Below, piece by piece: positions 63,645 to 64,000 of a stretch of 64,000 nucleotides of DNA; position 1 is the stretch's first letter; each line of letters opens with the position of its first letter. The notes under the pieces are model-generated. The model saw only the letters and a program-made list of their open reading frames with translations. It ran no database searches and was not told the origin of the DNA. A program made the position numbers and the translations under genes. The stretch is taken from the NCBI GenBank assembly GCA_963691875.1, contig OY829846.1, forward strand, positions 4,032,001 through 4,096,000, written 5' to 3'. The DNA comes from Aureliella sp. GTDB taxonomy: Bacteria > Planctomycetota > Planctomycetia > Pirellulales > Pirellulaceae.

Positions 63645-64000
63645 CGTAGGCTACCGCGGGTGGGAGGGCGAGAAATCCTCTGACCGAAACCGCTGGTGGA
63701 TCATTGCGACGACAGGTGTCCAACTCGCCTTTCGCTCGACCTGGCTCAGTCGCACATTGGTGCTCTCTTGGGTGCCAGCGATCATCGTAGGTTTGTTCTT
63801 TTTTTTCTTCGAGCAGTCCATCGTGAACCCGCAATGGCGCAGCTTCATGCAGGCTGTTGTGATCGCTGCGGGAACTTCGCCCGAGTTGGCTCAGAAGGTG
63901 ATACTTGATCCGGAGTCCGCTCGACACGAGGTGTGGTCATCGCTGATCCTCATTTTCTTCCGCTACCCGCAAGCGGTACTCATGTTGTTGGTGGTGGCCA
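63631..64000 (+). CDS. ABC transporter permease, partial (runs off the window)
   Basis: GTG start overlapping the ATPase end: MPLHDVGYRGWEG...WWIIATTGVQLAF...WVPAIIVGLFFFFF; open to the window end and absent from the ORF track. Confidence 0.8.
   Translation, partial: MPLHDVGYRGWEGEKSSDRNRWWIIATTGVQLAFRSTWLSRTLVLSWVPAIIVGLFFFFFEQSIVNPQWRSFMQAVVIAAGTSPELAQKVILDPESARHEVWSSLILIFFRYPQAVLMLLVVA

Overview
64 kb of bacterial chromosome, most likely from a planctomycete (Pirellulaceae-like). The evidence is a planctomycete-type ECF sigma factor, an ExLExR export motif on a surface protein, a DUF1592/DUF1552 pair, a PVC-type heme-binding dehydrogenase module and a HemD-HemE fusion. The window very probably contains the replication origin: between an N-terminally short dnaA-like gene and dnaN there is a DnaA box, a (TAG)5 DnaA-trio array and an AT-only tract. 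The rest is mostly housekeeping and accessory genes: gap, hrpA, dnaN, a cysteine desulfurase, scpB, hemA, hemDE, mrp, glyA, an HtrA-type protease and an ABC transporter. Five genes are disrupted: a Ser/Thr kinase-ATPase-TPR gene split by a 10-bp tandem repeat, a frameshifted Ig-repeat surface protein, a pseudopilin and a secretin remnant (neither shown properly by the ORF track), and an HD-GYP fragment. Several families of short REP-like palindromes sit in intergenic spaces. The most speculative lead is a 460-aa protein that looks like a SLOG/DprA-like domain fused to an ADP-ribosyltransferase-like domain. I saw no rRNA, tRNA, CRISPR array, transposase or integrase. All calls come from reading motifs by eye; no searches were run.
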